Positions 28,640 to 41,092 of a stretch of DNA of 64,000 nt are shown here, in pieces. A program made the position numbers and the translations under genes. The notes under the pieces are model-generated. The model saw only the letters and a program-made list of their open reading frames with translations, did not search any database and was not told where the DNA came from. This DNA comes from Hyphochytrium catenoides (taxonomy: Eukaryota > Protista > Hyphochytriomycota): positions 82,091 through 146,090 of the forward strand of contig FLMG01003337.1 in the NCBI GenBank assembly GCA_900088475.1. Reading direction: 5' to 3'. Numbering within the stretch: position 1 is the stretch's first letter; the number at the start of each line of letters is the position of its first letter.

Positions 28640-30303
28640 ATGGCCTCATCAGAACTCGTAGGGGAGACGAGATCAGCCTCAACCCAGGCAGTAATGGCGG
28701 ATGGAGGAGCCAGGGCAGACGATGAAACCAGTCAAGAAGTGGACAACCGTCCACAGATTTTTGCTGCTCTGGAAGGAACAATCTTCTGTTCAGCTTATGT
28801 ACTGTCCTCAATCGTGATAGTCCTCCTTCATCTAAGGCGGAAGACTTTCCCTCTGTACATACTGAATGTTAATGCGTTGATAATCTGTGAGATAGGAGTG
28901 ATGTTAGCCATCGTGGCAAGTACACAGCACTTCCTTCCAGGTGCACCCTGCTGGTTGCAGCTTCTTGGGTGGGACATGCTGCTGTTCCCATTAGCTTGGT
29001 ACCTCATCCTGTCTGTCATCCGCCTTCGGTTGGAGCATGACTATAACAGAGATATGCTGGAGGGGCGGGTCTCCTGGGTGGTGAAAAATTATCACTGGCT
29101 GACCAACAAGAAGTTTATCGCCTCTGTGGCGCTGATCTGCATGGTGGAAGCCTGGTTATCTATGATTCCCCGAGCTGTGCGAACGGCCGCCTATTGGTCC
29201 CATCCTCACGCCAGTGCTGAGTGTCTCAACTTTGAGCCCGCAGATGTAGGTGCCCGTACCTTATTTAGCTGCTCTACTGCAATATTTGTTGAACTTCTGT
29301 GTCGTCCGGGCATATCTATCAATAACCTTCACGTCTCTTCATCCAACTTTTATAGTTCGTTTATCTGTAGCTTGGCATGTCATAGAAGTGTATCGTCATT
29401 TCCACTGACTCTGCGCCGTCCCTCTGTCTGCTTTTCTCCTTACCAATGCAGCTGCAACTGGACTTTGCCAATGGTATTCTCTATCCTCTCCTCCTTTTCC
29501 TTCTTTCCGTAACAATGCTCAGAAATGTGAAAGAAATCTTCGGCCTCAAACCTCTTCTCATCGGCGCCGCTACTGTCATCCTCCTTGCTATGATGGGCTA
29601 TGACATTCTAACCGCCATAGCACAAGAGGAGCAAGATCCTGATAAGGCTTACAATTACATTGAAGGTGCCGCTCTTTCTTATATGCTTGCTGCACACCTC
29701 TACACGTGGATCTACCCAGTTCGCCTTCTTTATTACTCATTCGCCTACGAAAAGAGGGGATCGCAGTACCGCGGCCGAGAGAGGAAAAACTCCATATTCA
29801 CAGATTTGGCTCGGAAGGTAGCCGATGAGTCTCAACAGTCCAGCGTTCCTCCGTTGCAGACGAGCACCGAACTTAGAATGCGTCTCTTTCTAAGCAACTC
29901 AGAATTGCTCCGTCTCTTTTCTTCTTACCTGGTGACCGAATTTTGCGTGGAAAATGGTTGTTACGTAAAGGCATCTGTGGCCTTCAAGGGTCTCCCGACT
30001 GAGCAACGCCAAGCTGCGACAGACAAGATGATAGACATCTATATCAAGACCAAGGCTCCCCTAGAGCTTAATATCAGCGATGGCCACCGGCAGATGGTGC
30101 TGGCGTCTTACCATGAGCGGGGCTCTGAAAAAAGCTTCTGGAACCCCATCGACGAGGAAGTTGCGCGGATGTTGTTGGAGCCGTACAGACGCTTCAGAGG
30201 CGCCATCTGCCGCCGTAATACAATCTATTATGCTTGTTTAAGATTGGATGAAGCCCACAAGATGAGCAGCGGCAATCAATTGATGATGCGGCTTTATGAC
30301 TAG
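28640..30303 (+). CDS. 7TM-RGS protein, paralog B (2 exons: 28640-29245, 29452-30303)
   Basis: Near-colinear paralog of A with the same intron position (CLNFEPxD|LQLDFANG) and RGS box EFCVEN...APLELNIS...EPYRRF. Confidence 0.9.
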
Positions 30304-31192
30304 AGCGCGGGCGGTTAGTAAGGAAGATGAGCACAGTTTAGATCACTCGCAGAGGGAAAAGGAAAGTCATCAGTTTCTTGTTGTTTAGTGAAGTCGATAA
30401 CCGGTACGATGTAGAGAGGAGCGAGAGCGTCTTCTTAAGTCGTAGTACTACAAGAACAGGGAAGACCCAGTAGGGAAAGTAGTCTCATCTTTCTCTTGGG
30501 AGAGAGTGAAACTGGGAGCGCCAACAGGCCCAGGCGAAGTATCCTATAGTTGTCCAACAAAAAAGATGGCCCTGAGGTGGTCTATCAATAGCAAACCCGA
30601 GGAAGAAGGGAAGAAGTCAAGTTCAAGCATGGCGCTAAGGACGTCTGCAGCAGCAGCGCACACCAAACGATGGAATTTGAGGACGGCTGCTGATTGAGAA
30701 AAGCATATTAATGCTGAGAAAAGTGAATGCGGACCTTCCGAGGGCTCGGGGGAGATAATAAGACGAAAGGGAATCCCTCAAGGAGCTTCCCCCCTGAGAT
30801 CTTCTGATAATACACTGATGACGGGAAAGTGGCAAACACGCAGTAGAACGAGGAATCGGTCTGCTCACTGAAGTTGAAGTTCCTTCCTCCGGGCACTGAC
30901 GGCTCATAATATCTTAAGGTACTGATGCAACTCTTTCCCCTTATCATGCGCTAAGGAAGCAACCATGAGATGGGTTGTTTCTTGGCCATTCTCGGGGTCT
31001 TTACGGCTGCAGCCAAGAAAAGGTTTCTTTCTCTTCTTCTTCTTGCACAACGGTAGTTCACCACATCAATCAGTCAGTAGCGACCAAAACCCCATTATTG
31101 TCATTTCTTTTTATTACGAGTAGTCCACCTAGGAACTCCCAGCTGCGACGGTCGCTCCACCCTGTCACCAACAACAAGCGAGTCCTGAGATA

Positions 31193-31805
31193 ATGGCAAC
31201 CGCAGACATGATGATGATGCCCTCTTCCTCCAGCCCTCCTTCTTCTTCTACAACAACAAGCCCAAGGCCTGGTGCAGTTGAAAGACTGGAGAGAATGCGA
31301 AAGGTGATGTCCTTGTCATGATGGATAGTGAGATAGTTGAAGCTTTCAAAGAGTTGATGGGACATTTCATGAAACTTTGCACCCCAGTCCAATGCTTCAC
31401 ACCTCCGTCCCGTCATACATTTCCTTTCTTTTGCAGGAAGCTTTCAGGCGAAAAAAACGAAACAGAACCACCACAACAACAGGATCTCTTCACATCGTGA
31501 CACCTTTTGGCCTTTCCATTTTTCCTTTCTTTGGCGTCGTCGCCCCTGCCGAACCAGCGGCAGCGGGCACCATCCGCCGCCCCTTCCTTCACTTCATGCA
31601 GCAATCCAGCTCCTCTGACAAAAAGAATCCACCAAGCAGCAGGAAGTGTGGGCGGCCCCGCCATCCGTTCATCACAAGATCTTTTCTCAAGGAATCATAC
31701 TCCTGCTGCAGTTCAAAGAGGAAGAAGGCAGCATTGCCACTATTATCAGCAGAGTCCGTCAGCCAGAGAGACAGCCCGAGAGACTGGGGTGGCGGTGTAC
31801 AATGA
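31193..31805 (+). CDS. Hypothetical basic/Ser-rich protein (2 exons: 31193-31303, 31437-31805)
   Basis: A GT-AG intron joins ERLERMRK|EAFRRKKR in frame without stops; no recognisable domain. Confidence 0.35.
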
Positions 31806-32269
31806 CGAAATTCAATGAGCGAAGGATGACGAATAAATCCGGCAGATAGAGTAGGAACTATCCTCTCTCGCTTGCTTATTACGACTACGTTTCAGACACT
31901 GCTAAACTTGCTGCTCAGATGCATGCGTCGGGCGTGGCACCACTGCGCCTGTTGATGGATAATACAGGATCTATCTAGTTGTACCCAACAACCTGTGATA
32001 GCCTTCTACATACATACTGTCCCGTCTTTCACCATTGGAGGTTCAATTTGCAGACAGCACCTCCCTTCCTGTTTCACGTCCTCTATATGCAGTCAAGAGA
32101 ATGGCAGACATTGCCGGGTCTCATTCCTAATCTTCGTAGAGAGTTCGGAAGTCTGGCCACCACTACTGCCTTCGACTTCAAAACTCGGGCCGGCCCGCGC
32201 TCATAAAAACATCATTGAGCCATAAGGGTTTAGCTGCTGCCGCCCAACCATACGCCGACCCCAAATAAA

Positions 32270-33112
32270 ATGGTCAAGGAGCTATCCCCTCCTGCACTGC
32301 GCACCTTCCTCTCAATCCTTCCGTGCTTGCTGGTGCAAGTGCTCTACCTAAGTCCTCTATTCTCGGTGCGGGAGATACTGAAGAAGAAATCGACAGAGGA
32401 CAAGAGCCCCATGCCGTTCATCGGCATCCTCAATAATGGGGCAATTTGGTCCCTCTACGGGTTCCTGGTGGCGGATCTCACAGTCGCCATTCCCAACATT
32501 ACAGGTGCTATCCTTGGCATATTTGGCACAGCAGTGTTCTCCAAATACTGTCGGATGGACGTAAGACCTTATATCGCTGCAGCGGCTGCCATAAATGTCA
32601 CGGCTGTTGTTATCGCAACTACAGTCCCAAACCCACCTGCTCCGGCGATAGTGGGATATCTTGGGTGTGCCGTCACCGTTATTCTCTTCGCATCCCCGCT
32701 GGCCACAATTGTGCACGTTGTCCGGACAAAGGACACCTCGTCTATGCCCTTTCCTATGTCGGTAGCAGTCGTATGCAATGCCCTCAGTTGGGTTGTTTAT
32801 GGCGTACTTGTGGCTGAGGATATTCTGATTTACATTCCCAACGCCATTGGGCTGGCTTTGGGGATTCTACAACTGTTTGTCTACGCAAGATATCGCAGGT
32901 ATAGCCGTGAGCGCAATAGCCTTGTGACTACTTGTTGCGGAGACAGGGACTGTAGCCCTCACCACCACTTGGTGACAAGTGCTTCGTCTGAGGGAGGGGA
33001 CCTGAAGAAGCCAACTAGGGGACAAGGTGAAAGCGATGAGATGGAAAACGATGGTAGGGCACCATCACCTATCCTCTCTAGACCCGGCGTGGATTATGTT
33101 CCTTTAGCTTAG
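32270..33112 (+). CDS. SWEET (MtN3/saliva) sugar transporter, intronless
   Basis: Two MtN3 repeats: LSPL..ILKKKSTE..PMPF..WSLYG..PN and FASPLATIVHVVRTKDTSSMPFP..WVVYG..IYIPNAIG. Confidence 0.95.
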   Translation: MVKELSPPALRTFLSILPCLLVQVLYLSPLFSVREILKKKSTEDKSPMPFIGILNNGAIWSLYGFLVADLTVAIPNITGAILGIFGTAVFSKYCRMDVRPYIAAAAAINVTAVVIATTVPNPPAPAIVGYLGCAVTVILFASPLATIVHVVRTKDTSSMPFPMSVAVVCNALSWVVYGVLVAEDILIYIPNAIGLALGILQLFVYARYRRYSRERNSLVTTCCGDRDCSPHHHLVTSASSEGGDLKKPTRGQGESDEMENDGRAPSPILSRPGVDYVPLA

Positions 33113-34301
33113 CTTCATGATCGCATTTCGGCTGGAAGGATAGCAAAGTTCTCACGGTAGTAGAATGACCAAGCATTCTGTTTTGGTAGCTGAGATTCAG
33201 TTCACGAGCCAGAGGATGAGGTGAGCTTCTATTCGGCAGCACTGATGATGTGGTTGCTGGGTTTCTATGCTTCTGGTGGGCGGTTGGGTTGGTAAAGCTG
33301 CATAATAGAGTGCCGCCCAGGAAAATTACATCAAGATAGTGATCACCAGGCAAGCAAGCATCGTTGATCACGGTGCGAAGGAAGGGAAGGGGACAGGCAG
33401 GCGTTTAAACTAATTTGGAGACAAAGGCCGTCGCTTCCTTAATTACAGAAGACTGCAACCTATCTCTCCAAGTCGTCGCAGGTAGTTCAGTACGTACTAC
33501 GGTCCTTAGTACAACCAAAAGACTCTCTGTTTGTATCCTAATCCAGCTGTCAGCTTGGAAGTATATATTGTCATTAATTGGCTTCGCCCCAAGGTCTCGA
33601 TTGTATGGAATCAATGTCTTATCCATCGTTTGCAACAAGATTTGCTTCTTGTTGAGGCGGGCGAGGAAAGAGTGAGGTGGGTGAACCACGCGAATAGTTG
33701 TACATGCTGCTGATATGGATTATGGCACTCGAAAGGCGCGAAAGTTGAGAGAGTAGAAAAAAGGTCGCGTGAGTCTCAACCTAACAATAGGGTGCAATGC
33801 CACCCCAACCGCTGACATAGTAGTATCTACATGTTCTTCTGGTGCTGCAGCAGCCAAGCGATTCCTTGTGCGGACCAATGGCCATCTCATACATGCTACT
33901 GCACGGTCTTTTGACCCTAAGCAAGCAATTTCCCGTCTGTGCAGGGTAACTGTTATCTAAATATTACCCGGTCCACATGCTTGACTATCCAAATCTCGGC
34001 CACCCGCACGTAGATCTACCTCCTTGCTATTGGGTCCCGCTAGTTCGCAGCGTTGCGTTTCTATCTCTTGCGTGCTTCCCAAATTGTACCGAGGGGTTCA
34101 TCAACCTGAAGATAACGCGGCACCAACAACGATCGTAGCACTATGGCCGAGAATGCAATCGTGATAGTGCTTTCCTCCTTCTTGGTCCTTATAATATCTG
34201 TACAGTTAGTGTATGGTGCCCATGATGAGAAGGGGCGTGAACAGTTGTAAGGGACTATTCGTAGCAAGAGAGAGAGAATCGAAAAGGGAAAGGACACACA
34301 G

Positions 34302-34307
<6 letters not shown>

Positions 34308-34361
<54 letters not shown>
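34308..34361 (+). repeat. (AG)n microsatellite
   Basis: Near-perfect AG run. Confidence 0.95.
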
Positions 34362-35329
34362 TTCCGCACCTCAGATAGAGAGATGATCCCTAGTTAGAGA
34401 CATAGATAGATCCTTGTATCTTTCACGTGCTGAAGTGCTGTAAGTGCTGATGATGGCAGCTTGGCCTTCTGACCTGCGTCAGTAATAATACTAGCACCTC
34501 AACCTGTCAAGGTATAGGAGATGTAAAATAGTACGCTGGAGCTGAAAGGTTCTGATCATCTAACCATCCATTCCCACTACCCCCATATTACTACTTCCGC
34601 CGTATGCTTTATATATACGCGGGTGATTATGATTATTCACGTTTATTATTACGTAAGTCAAGCGTATGGGTTCTGATGGCCAACCTTGGACCGAAGAGCT
34701 GCTTTCCTCCTCCTCCTTCCTTCCTTTCCCTCCTTCCCTGGTACACAAGGAGCTGGTGATTGGAGGAGAAGTGAAGAAGAGAGAGGGGAGCGATGGAGAG
34801 CGAGAGGCAGAGAGAGAGAATGGCGGGAGAGAGAAAGATAGCTACCGAGAGGAAGATGAGAGAGAGTGAAGGTGACAGAGGGAGAGAGAGAGAGAAAGAG
34901 TGAAAAGAGGACCGTGCGAGAGAGGAGAGAGGGGCCAATAGCGGGAGAGAGAGAGGGAAACGGAGCAAACATAGACGAGGAAGGACAACGACAAGAAAGT
35001 GGGGAGTGGAAGGGAGTGAGGTGGAGACTGGGAACAAGAGAGCACCTACAGTAATTAAGATCCGGTCATACCAGGGCTTGGAAAGTATAATTGGAGATAA
35101 GAGAGAGGGAGACGAATTGTGGAGACAGGATAAACGTCTTCCAGACAGCGTGCGAACTTGCAAAACAAGGCAAACAGAGGAGTGCTAGGCCCTACTGCTC
35201 CGGCGCCCGTCCAACTCCCTCGGAGGCAGCCACTTTAGCAGCATCAAAGCTCTGCTGCATACGCCCGCGAAGACCGCTTTGTACTTCATCGTGTCCTGTT
35301 TTCAGAGGTCCATCACACGTCTATCCACT

Positions 35330-37650
35330 ATGGCGTATGGGGAGAGGTCACCGCTTCTGGCCTCTCCGACGAAGGGGGCAGCAGAGGAGAAGCAGGAAAG
35401 CTTTGCCTGGACGGTGGCCGTAATCTCAGTCATGGGAGTTCAGATATCTGCAGCTACTATTGCCCGCATCCTGCTTGGATCTATTGACGTCGGGTTCTTG
35501 GGACATCTAGGAGGAAAAGAGTTAGCAGCTTCCGCAATGGCGCAGTTGTACACCAGCGTGCCGCTTACCTTTGTCTGGGGTACCACGGCTTCCCTCATCA
35601 CGGTAGGGACAGGAGTAGTTGTGGAAGTAGGAGCGCGATACATAGAGAGAGAGAGACTCTGGAGGGACATAATGAGTAGAGAGCTCTTTCTAATTGTCAC
35701 TTCTAAGACCTGAAGGTGCATCTACCTTACACCTAGCTTCTTTTCTGGTCAATTGGTAGCTCACTGGGCTCTTGGTTACTTGTTGCAGCTCTGCGGTCAA
35801 GCATATGGAGCCGGAAACTACAAGCTCGTCGGCACTTGGCTGCAGTTCGGTCTGCTTTTTTCTTCAGTTGCAGCGATACCTGTCTTTGTTTGCTTCTGGT
35901 ACAACCGTGTGCTTCTTTCGTTGACGCTTGATGACGCGGAGGTGGTAGAGCTCGGCAGTCTTTTCTCTCGAGTTATATCCATTTCCATCTGGCCCCAGTT
36001 GTGGTATGCCTGTCTCAGGTCAGTGGCTATCTATCAATCCACTCTCTGTCTGGCCGCAATTCTCTTCAGTCTCCTAGATGATAATGGCTGCTGCATCTTA
36101 CTTGTCAATCTTAAACTCTCTCGACCGTATATTTGCGTTACCCCTCCAGGAAGAGCGCAGGCTGACCTGGGCTGGTTATACTTTGGTTGACAACCTCTGC
36201 CTTCTCCTTTGCGTTGCTCATAAGTCATCTTTAGATAGCACTTCTTTAACAGCTTTCCCATAATCTGTAGGCAGTACTTCCAGTCCATGGGTTACATCTA
36301 CCCCACCACCGTCACAGGCGTCTCCGCCGTTGCTGTCTCCGCCGCACTCAACTACATTCTCATCTTTGGTTGGGGCGGCTTACAAGGTCTTGGCTTCATC
36401 GGTTCCCCGATGGCTACTGACATTGCGGCGTTCTACCAGCCTCTCGTTCTATCTCTTTTCTGTTGTGTGGTCATGAAGTACCATAGAAAGACGTGGCACG
36501 GCTGGTCTCTTGACGTGCTAACCTGGGAAAGGTTGAAGAGCTTCCTCTCTATGGTAAGAAGGTTCTATGCAATGGGCCATATGTTTGTAGTTTCCCAGCA
36601 GCTGGGGGCTCTCTCACCGTCGCTTCTCTTGTCTCGCTGTACCTGCCACTTCCAGTCTCCTAAGCTCTTTGAATGTCTCTAGTCTGAGCCTTCACAATCA
36701 TTTTCGGTCGGTTCTTCTTCTCCAATCCTGTGTGGATAAGCATACTATCTTTCAACTTTAGCTTTCTTTCCTGATTAACATTTTCCTGTCTTTAGGCTGT
36801 ACCAGTTGCGGCGGCTGACACCGTTCCATCCATCGCACTCTCAATGGTTGGGGCCATCGCCGGGCGGATGGGTTCGGACGTAGTAGCCGCGAACTCTATT
36901 GTCTCTGGTCTCTGGAGCATCATGTGGGCTCTCTTTTGGGGCTTTGGATGCGCCTCTCAGGTGAAGGTGGCCAACTTTCTCGGCGCAGGGAAGGCAAATT
37001 CAGCTCGTCGAGCGCTGCAAGCAGGCATCCTTTGCACTGTGGTCATTGTCCTCGTCATTCTGTCTCTCACCACGCTCTTCAACCACCAACTCTTTGGCCT
37101 GTACACCACCGACCTCACCATCATCGAAAATTGCAAATCCATTTGGCCATGGGTAGCCCCTGGGTTTGTGATTGAGAGCTTTGAACTGTTATTTATGTCG
37201 TGCTTCCAAGGTATGGGCGAGGTCGGTCGGACATTCTGGGTGAATACCCTCTCCACTTGGCTCGTACACCTACCGTCCGCCTTCCTCTTCGGAATTTACC
37301 TCGACTATCGCCTGAAAGGTCTCTGGATGGCAAGCTTACTATCTGAGGTTGTCAAGCTTGCGGTCTTTGCTTGGTATATGATGAATGTGGACTGGGAAGC
37401 GCAGGCGATGAAAGCACAAGCCCTTGCAGAGGTAGAACAGGCACAAGGTGCACCAGAAGACGATCAAAAGACTGTCAACGCTGAGATTGGAATTGTAGAG
37501 GCCCAGCTGTCCAGCCCCCATCTACCTATGACGCCGCAAGCTTCGTCACTCCTTCGAGTACGCGATACGATGAACATCAAAAACAAGCTCCGACATGACG
37601 CTGCCGAGGGTGAATATCAAAAGTTGAAGCGCACCATTTCTGCCATATAG
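35330..37650 (+). CDS. MATE family efflux transporter (4 exons, approximately 35330-35602, 35789-36018, 36271-36552, 36797-37650)
   Basis: DVGFLGHLGGKELAASAMA, LCGQAYGAGNY, RQYFQSMG, GLGFIGSP, VANFLGAG and GLW motifs; N-terminal ERSPLL dileucine motif. Confidence 0.93.
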
Positions 37651-38857
37651 ATCGAATATTATCTTGTTCCGAGCTACTAGATGGAGCTAATCTCCAGTAA
37701 TACATAGACTTCTACGTTGTTCTCTGGCTGATGTTACTTTTGCCAAAACTTTATTGACCTTCTACGATTTCCTCAACGCTAAGATTCAGGGTTTCTCCTC
37801 ATCGTGCAGCTGACAGTTAGCGAGGGAAGAAAAGGAATCCTCAGTAGCTAGGCAAGGAAGTGTTCGTCATCAAAGTCTATCACTAGTCCGCTTCCAGAGA
37901 CAGCATCAAGGCTCCTTTGTTCAATCAAGGGCCCTAGAGAGTCCCCAAGCGGACCAACAATGTTTGAAGTGGGAAGTATGATGCCTTAGCTGTGAAGACT
38001 CGGTTGATAAGCGAGTCCACCAAGCACCTCCAGAGGTGGTCAGCATGTAATCTCCCCCGAAAGGTAAAGACTCCGTAGCGTTAAGTCGAAGCCTCCCACA
38101 GAGACACTAAAGGCAGAGGACCATTGTCAGTAGAAGAAGAACTAGGAAGAGTATGAGAACGAGGCATTCAAGAACGCGATGACAGCGATGACAGAGAGAC
38201 ATTGCTGTTGACAGAGAGACCAGACCGTCCTGACCTTTCCAGTGAGGGACAAGTGAGCTGTCTCTATGAAGCTGTTTTTGACAACAGGTCAACTTTCTCG
38301 CTATAATTGTCAGAACTTGAAATGACCATCTGATTCTTCCCATTCTTCCTTACTCTTTTCTATAGTCTTACAGTTTGCCAGCATCTACTGCCAAGATTGA
38401 CATTGTGGTATCGTCTATGCTAGTAATCTGTGAGATTAACTGTCAAATAACGGTTCGTGAGTGATGTTTCACCACTCGTACTGTAGGAAGGCGAGAACTA
38501 ACTCGAAGTTGGCCAGAAAGCTTGGTGTTTGGTGTTGGCGCTGAGTGCTGACACAGCTCGGAATAGCGGCCGCTTCGGGGTCATCTTGGCACCGACGGGA
38601 TCCCAGTGGCAGTGACACGAGCGCAGGGTGGGCAAGGGAAGAGTGCATTGCGTTTCTATGCGCAGAAAGCGAGGGAAGAGCCACAGAAGAATAGTATACC
38701 TGGCACTTCTTGACTTTACGAGCTGACAACTGTAAGGCAAGCGTTGTCCGGGGCAGCTTACCTCTGGAGCTCCTTCCCAGATTAGACAGAGCAGCCTATC
38801 AATAGGAAGAAGCAAGCAGAGAAGTAGGCTAAGTACTTGCTTCTGGGAGAAGGAAGG

Positions 38858-40505
38858 ATGGCTAGAGCCTTCCGTTTCGAAGGAAATATAAACTGGTTTC
38901 CGGGCCATATGACCAAAGCCTCAAAGTCCATTGAAGGATTGGTCAAGAAGGTGAGGTCAGAGGACTCCTTAATCTGCCTCCACTCTGTAGAAGCCGCGTT
39001 CTTTCTAAGCCCAGTCGCCTCCTCCTCCCTGTCACTTGCTTACTGCTTTCCCTTTGCAGGTAGACCTAATTGTGGAGGTTCGGGACGCAAGGATCCCTTT
39101 CTCCAGCGTAAACTCGCATCTGGAAAGCTTAACGCAACAGAAAAAGCGACTTGTTGTGTGCAATAAAAGCGACCTCTCGAACTCCCGTATGAATGAAAGA
39201 GTCAGAGCTATATTGAAAGAGGAGCAGGGGCATGACTGTCTCTTTACCTCTGTCACTAAGGGCAGTAGAGTCATGGACGTCATTGACTGGGCCAAGAGGA
39301 CCGCCAAACAAGAGTTCACGACAGGAGGTAACCCCCACATCTTCACTATGCAGACCTGCATGTCACCTCATGCTAGACTTCGGATGTAGAAGTAGTAGAC
39401 TTCTGCCTCGTAGTCCCGTACGCTCTGATTTCCTCTTCCTATTGACTTCCTTCGTCCTGTTCACTGGGTGGTCTTGGTCGCTAGGTATCTTGACACCTAA
39501 ATTACCGTGCTTTGTTCTCTCTTCTCTCCTTGGACAGTGGACTCTTCCCTACCATTTTCGCCCTCATTTTCTCCGTGCTATAGCTCTGGCATCCCCGTAT
39601 CTTCGGAGCCTTCTCACCGTTCTCTTTGAATTATGATCCTGGTACAGCTCTCTCTTTTCTCCACATCTCCTCCATCTTCACGCCCATCCTTCACATTCTT
39701 GCTAGGCACCATGCTCATGGTAATAGGCATGCCAAATGTCGGCAAGTCCTCATTAATCAACGCACTTAAAGCAAGATCCACGTCACTGGAGCTCCGAGGC
39801 AAGCGTTCTGCCAAAGTTGGCCCAACTCCAGGCGTCACACTTCAGACAAATCAATTTAAGGTGAGCCTCCACGTGTCTTCGCCAGACTCCTCGTCTCTCT
39901 GTTGCCAAGACGCTTGCACTAAAGTTCTGGCCCTGGTGACTCCGTTTGTCCCCACGCCTTACCCTTGGCATGCTTTATGCTACGAAGCTCTATCTTTCCC
40001 TTCTTTGTCTTCGCTATAAACGCTTTTTGTCGTTGCTTGCCTCAACCCTTTCTATTGCTTTCCCTTGGCCAACCCCAACCCTGGTGACGGCCTGAAGATT
40101 GCAGTTTCTCCAGCCATTTACATGGTGGACACGCCTGGAGTCTTTGTTCCGAAAGTTGAAGACCCGGAAGTGGGTTGGAAGCTAGCGTTAACGGGAGCTG
40201 TACGCGACTCAGTCGTTGGAGAGACTGCTCTGGCCGAGTTTCTTCTCTACACTCTCAATCTGAGGTATCCTAAGAAATATTGCGAAGTGCTAGGACTGCA
40301 AAGGCCCTGCAGCGACATCAACTTCCTACTATCACTTGCCCAGAAAAAGGCAGGAGTGAATTCCGGCATGACTTCAGAAGAGCGAACCACTGCTGCAGCT
40401 CGGTATCTTCTCAAAGAATTCAGGAGAGGAGCCTTTGGACAGATAACACTTGATGATGTTGCCCTAGATGGAGGTGATGGCAAGAACACCAAGCCGAAGG
40501 GCTAA
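38858..40505 (+). CDS. MTG1: Mitochondrial ribosome-associated GTPase 1 (RbgA/YlqF circularly permuted GTPase), 4 exons
   Basis: INWFPGHM, VEVRDARIP, NKSDL (G4), GMPNVGKS (G1), PGVT (G2), DTPG (G3) in circularly permuted order. Confidence 0.93.
39340..39615 (+). pseudogene. Decayed fragment of 7TM-RGS paralog C exon 1 inside MTG1 intron 2
   Basis: 39459-39590 aligns to 50945-51075 at roughly 85% identity by hand count, with one indel and an in-frame TAG; weaker similarity continues on both sides. Confidence 0.8.
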
Positions 40506-41092
40506 TGGAAGGCTGGTGCGCAAGCAATTCCTCGGGACCAGCAATAGCTAATCGACCTGACTTGGATGGTAGACGACGCCATTCAATACGTGGCCATTCA
40601 CAATCGGAGGTTGCCAGGCAGGCATGTAGCAAACAAACACTGCCAACATGCCGCAATTTCTACCTCGCAGGCCACCAAGTCACATTTAGAAACATGCCAG
40701 GCCAGATTGTGAGTCTCCTTTCTGAATCCTTTTCCCCTAGTCGTTTGGAACAGCAACCTTCCGACAGCTAGCAACTACCACGGAGAACTGGACGTGTCCT
40801 TTCATAGAGGGAAAGCAGGAAGGGATAGCAATGGGTACCCATCTAGCATCCGAGGAAAATAGCAGAGATCTAGCTGGATAAGAGAGTGTGAGGCATCCTG
40901 TTCTACGAGGTAGCTTGTGTGAATGGCGTTATTAGGGAAAGGTGGCTACAAGCTATCACATTTAAACGTTAGGTATTAGAGCCTGATAAAAGGCGTTCTC
41001 AGTGGTGGACAGTATGATAATAACATCAAGAGTCTTTCGATACATACTTTCACTCTGTCTCTTTGAGACTCCACCACATCCTCCTATATCCT

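Noticed and set aside
34633-35163. Long Leu/Ser or Arg/Glu ORFs over TC/AG tracts (also 56636-57804, 60162-60553, 48976-49331)
   Set aside because: These are artefacts of stop-poor dinucleotide repeats; several lie inside modelled introns.
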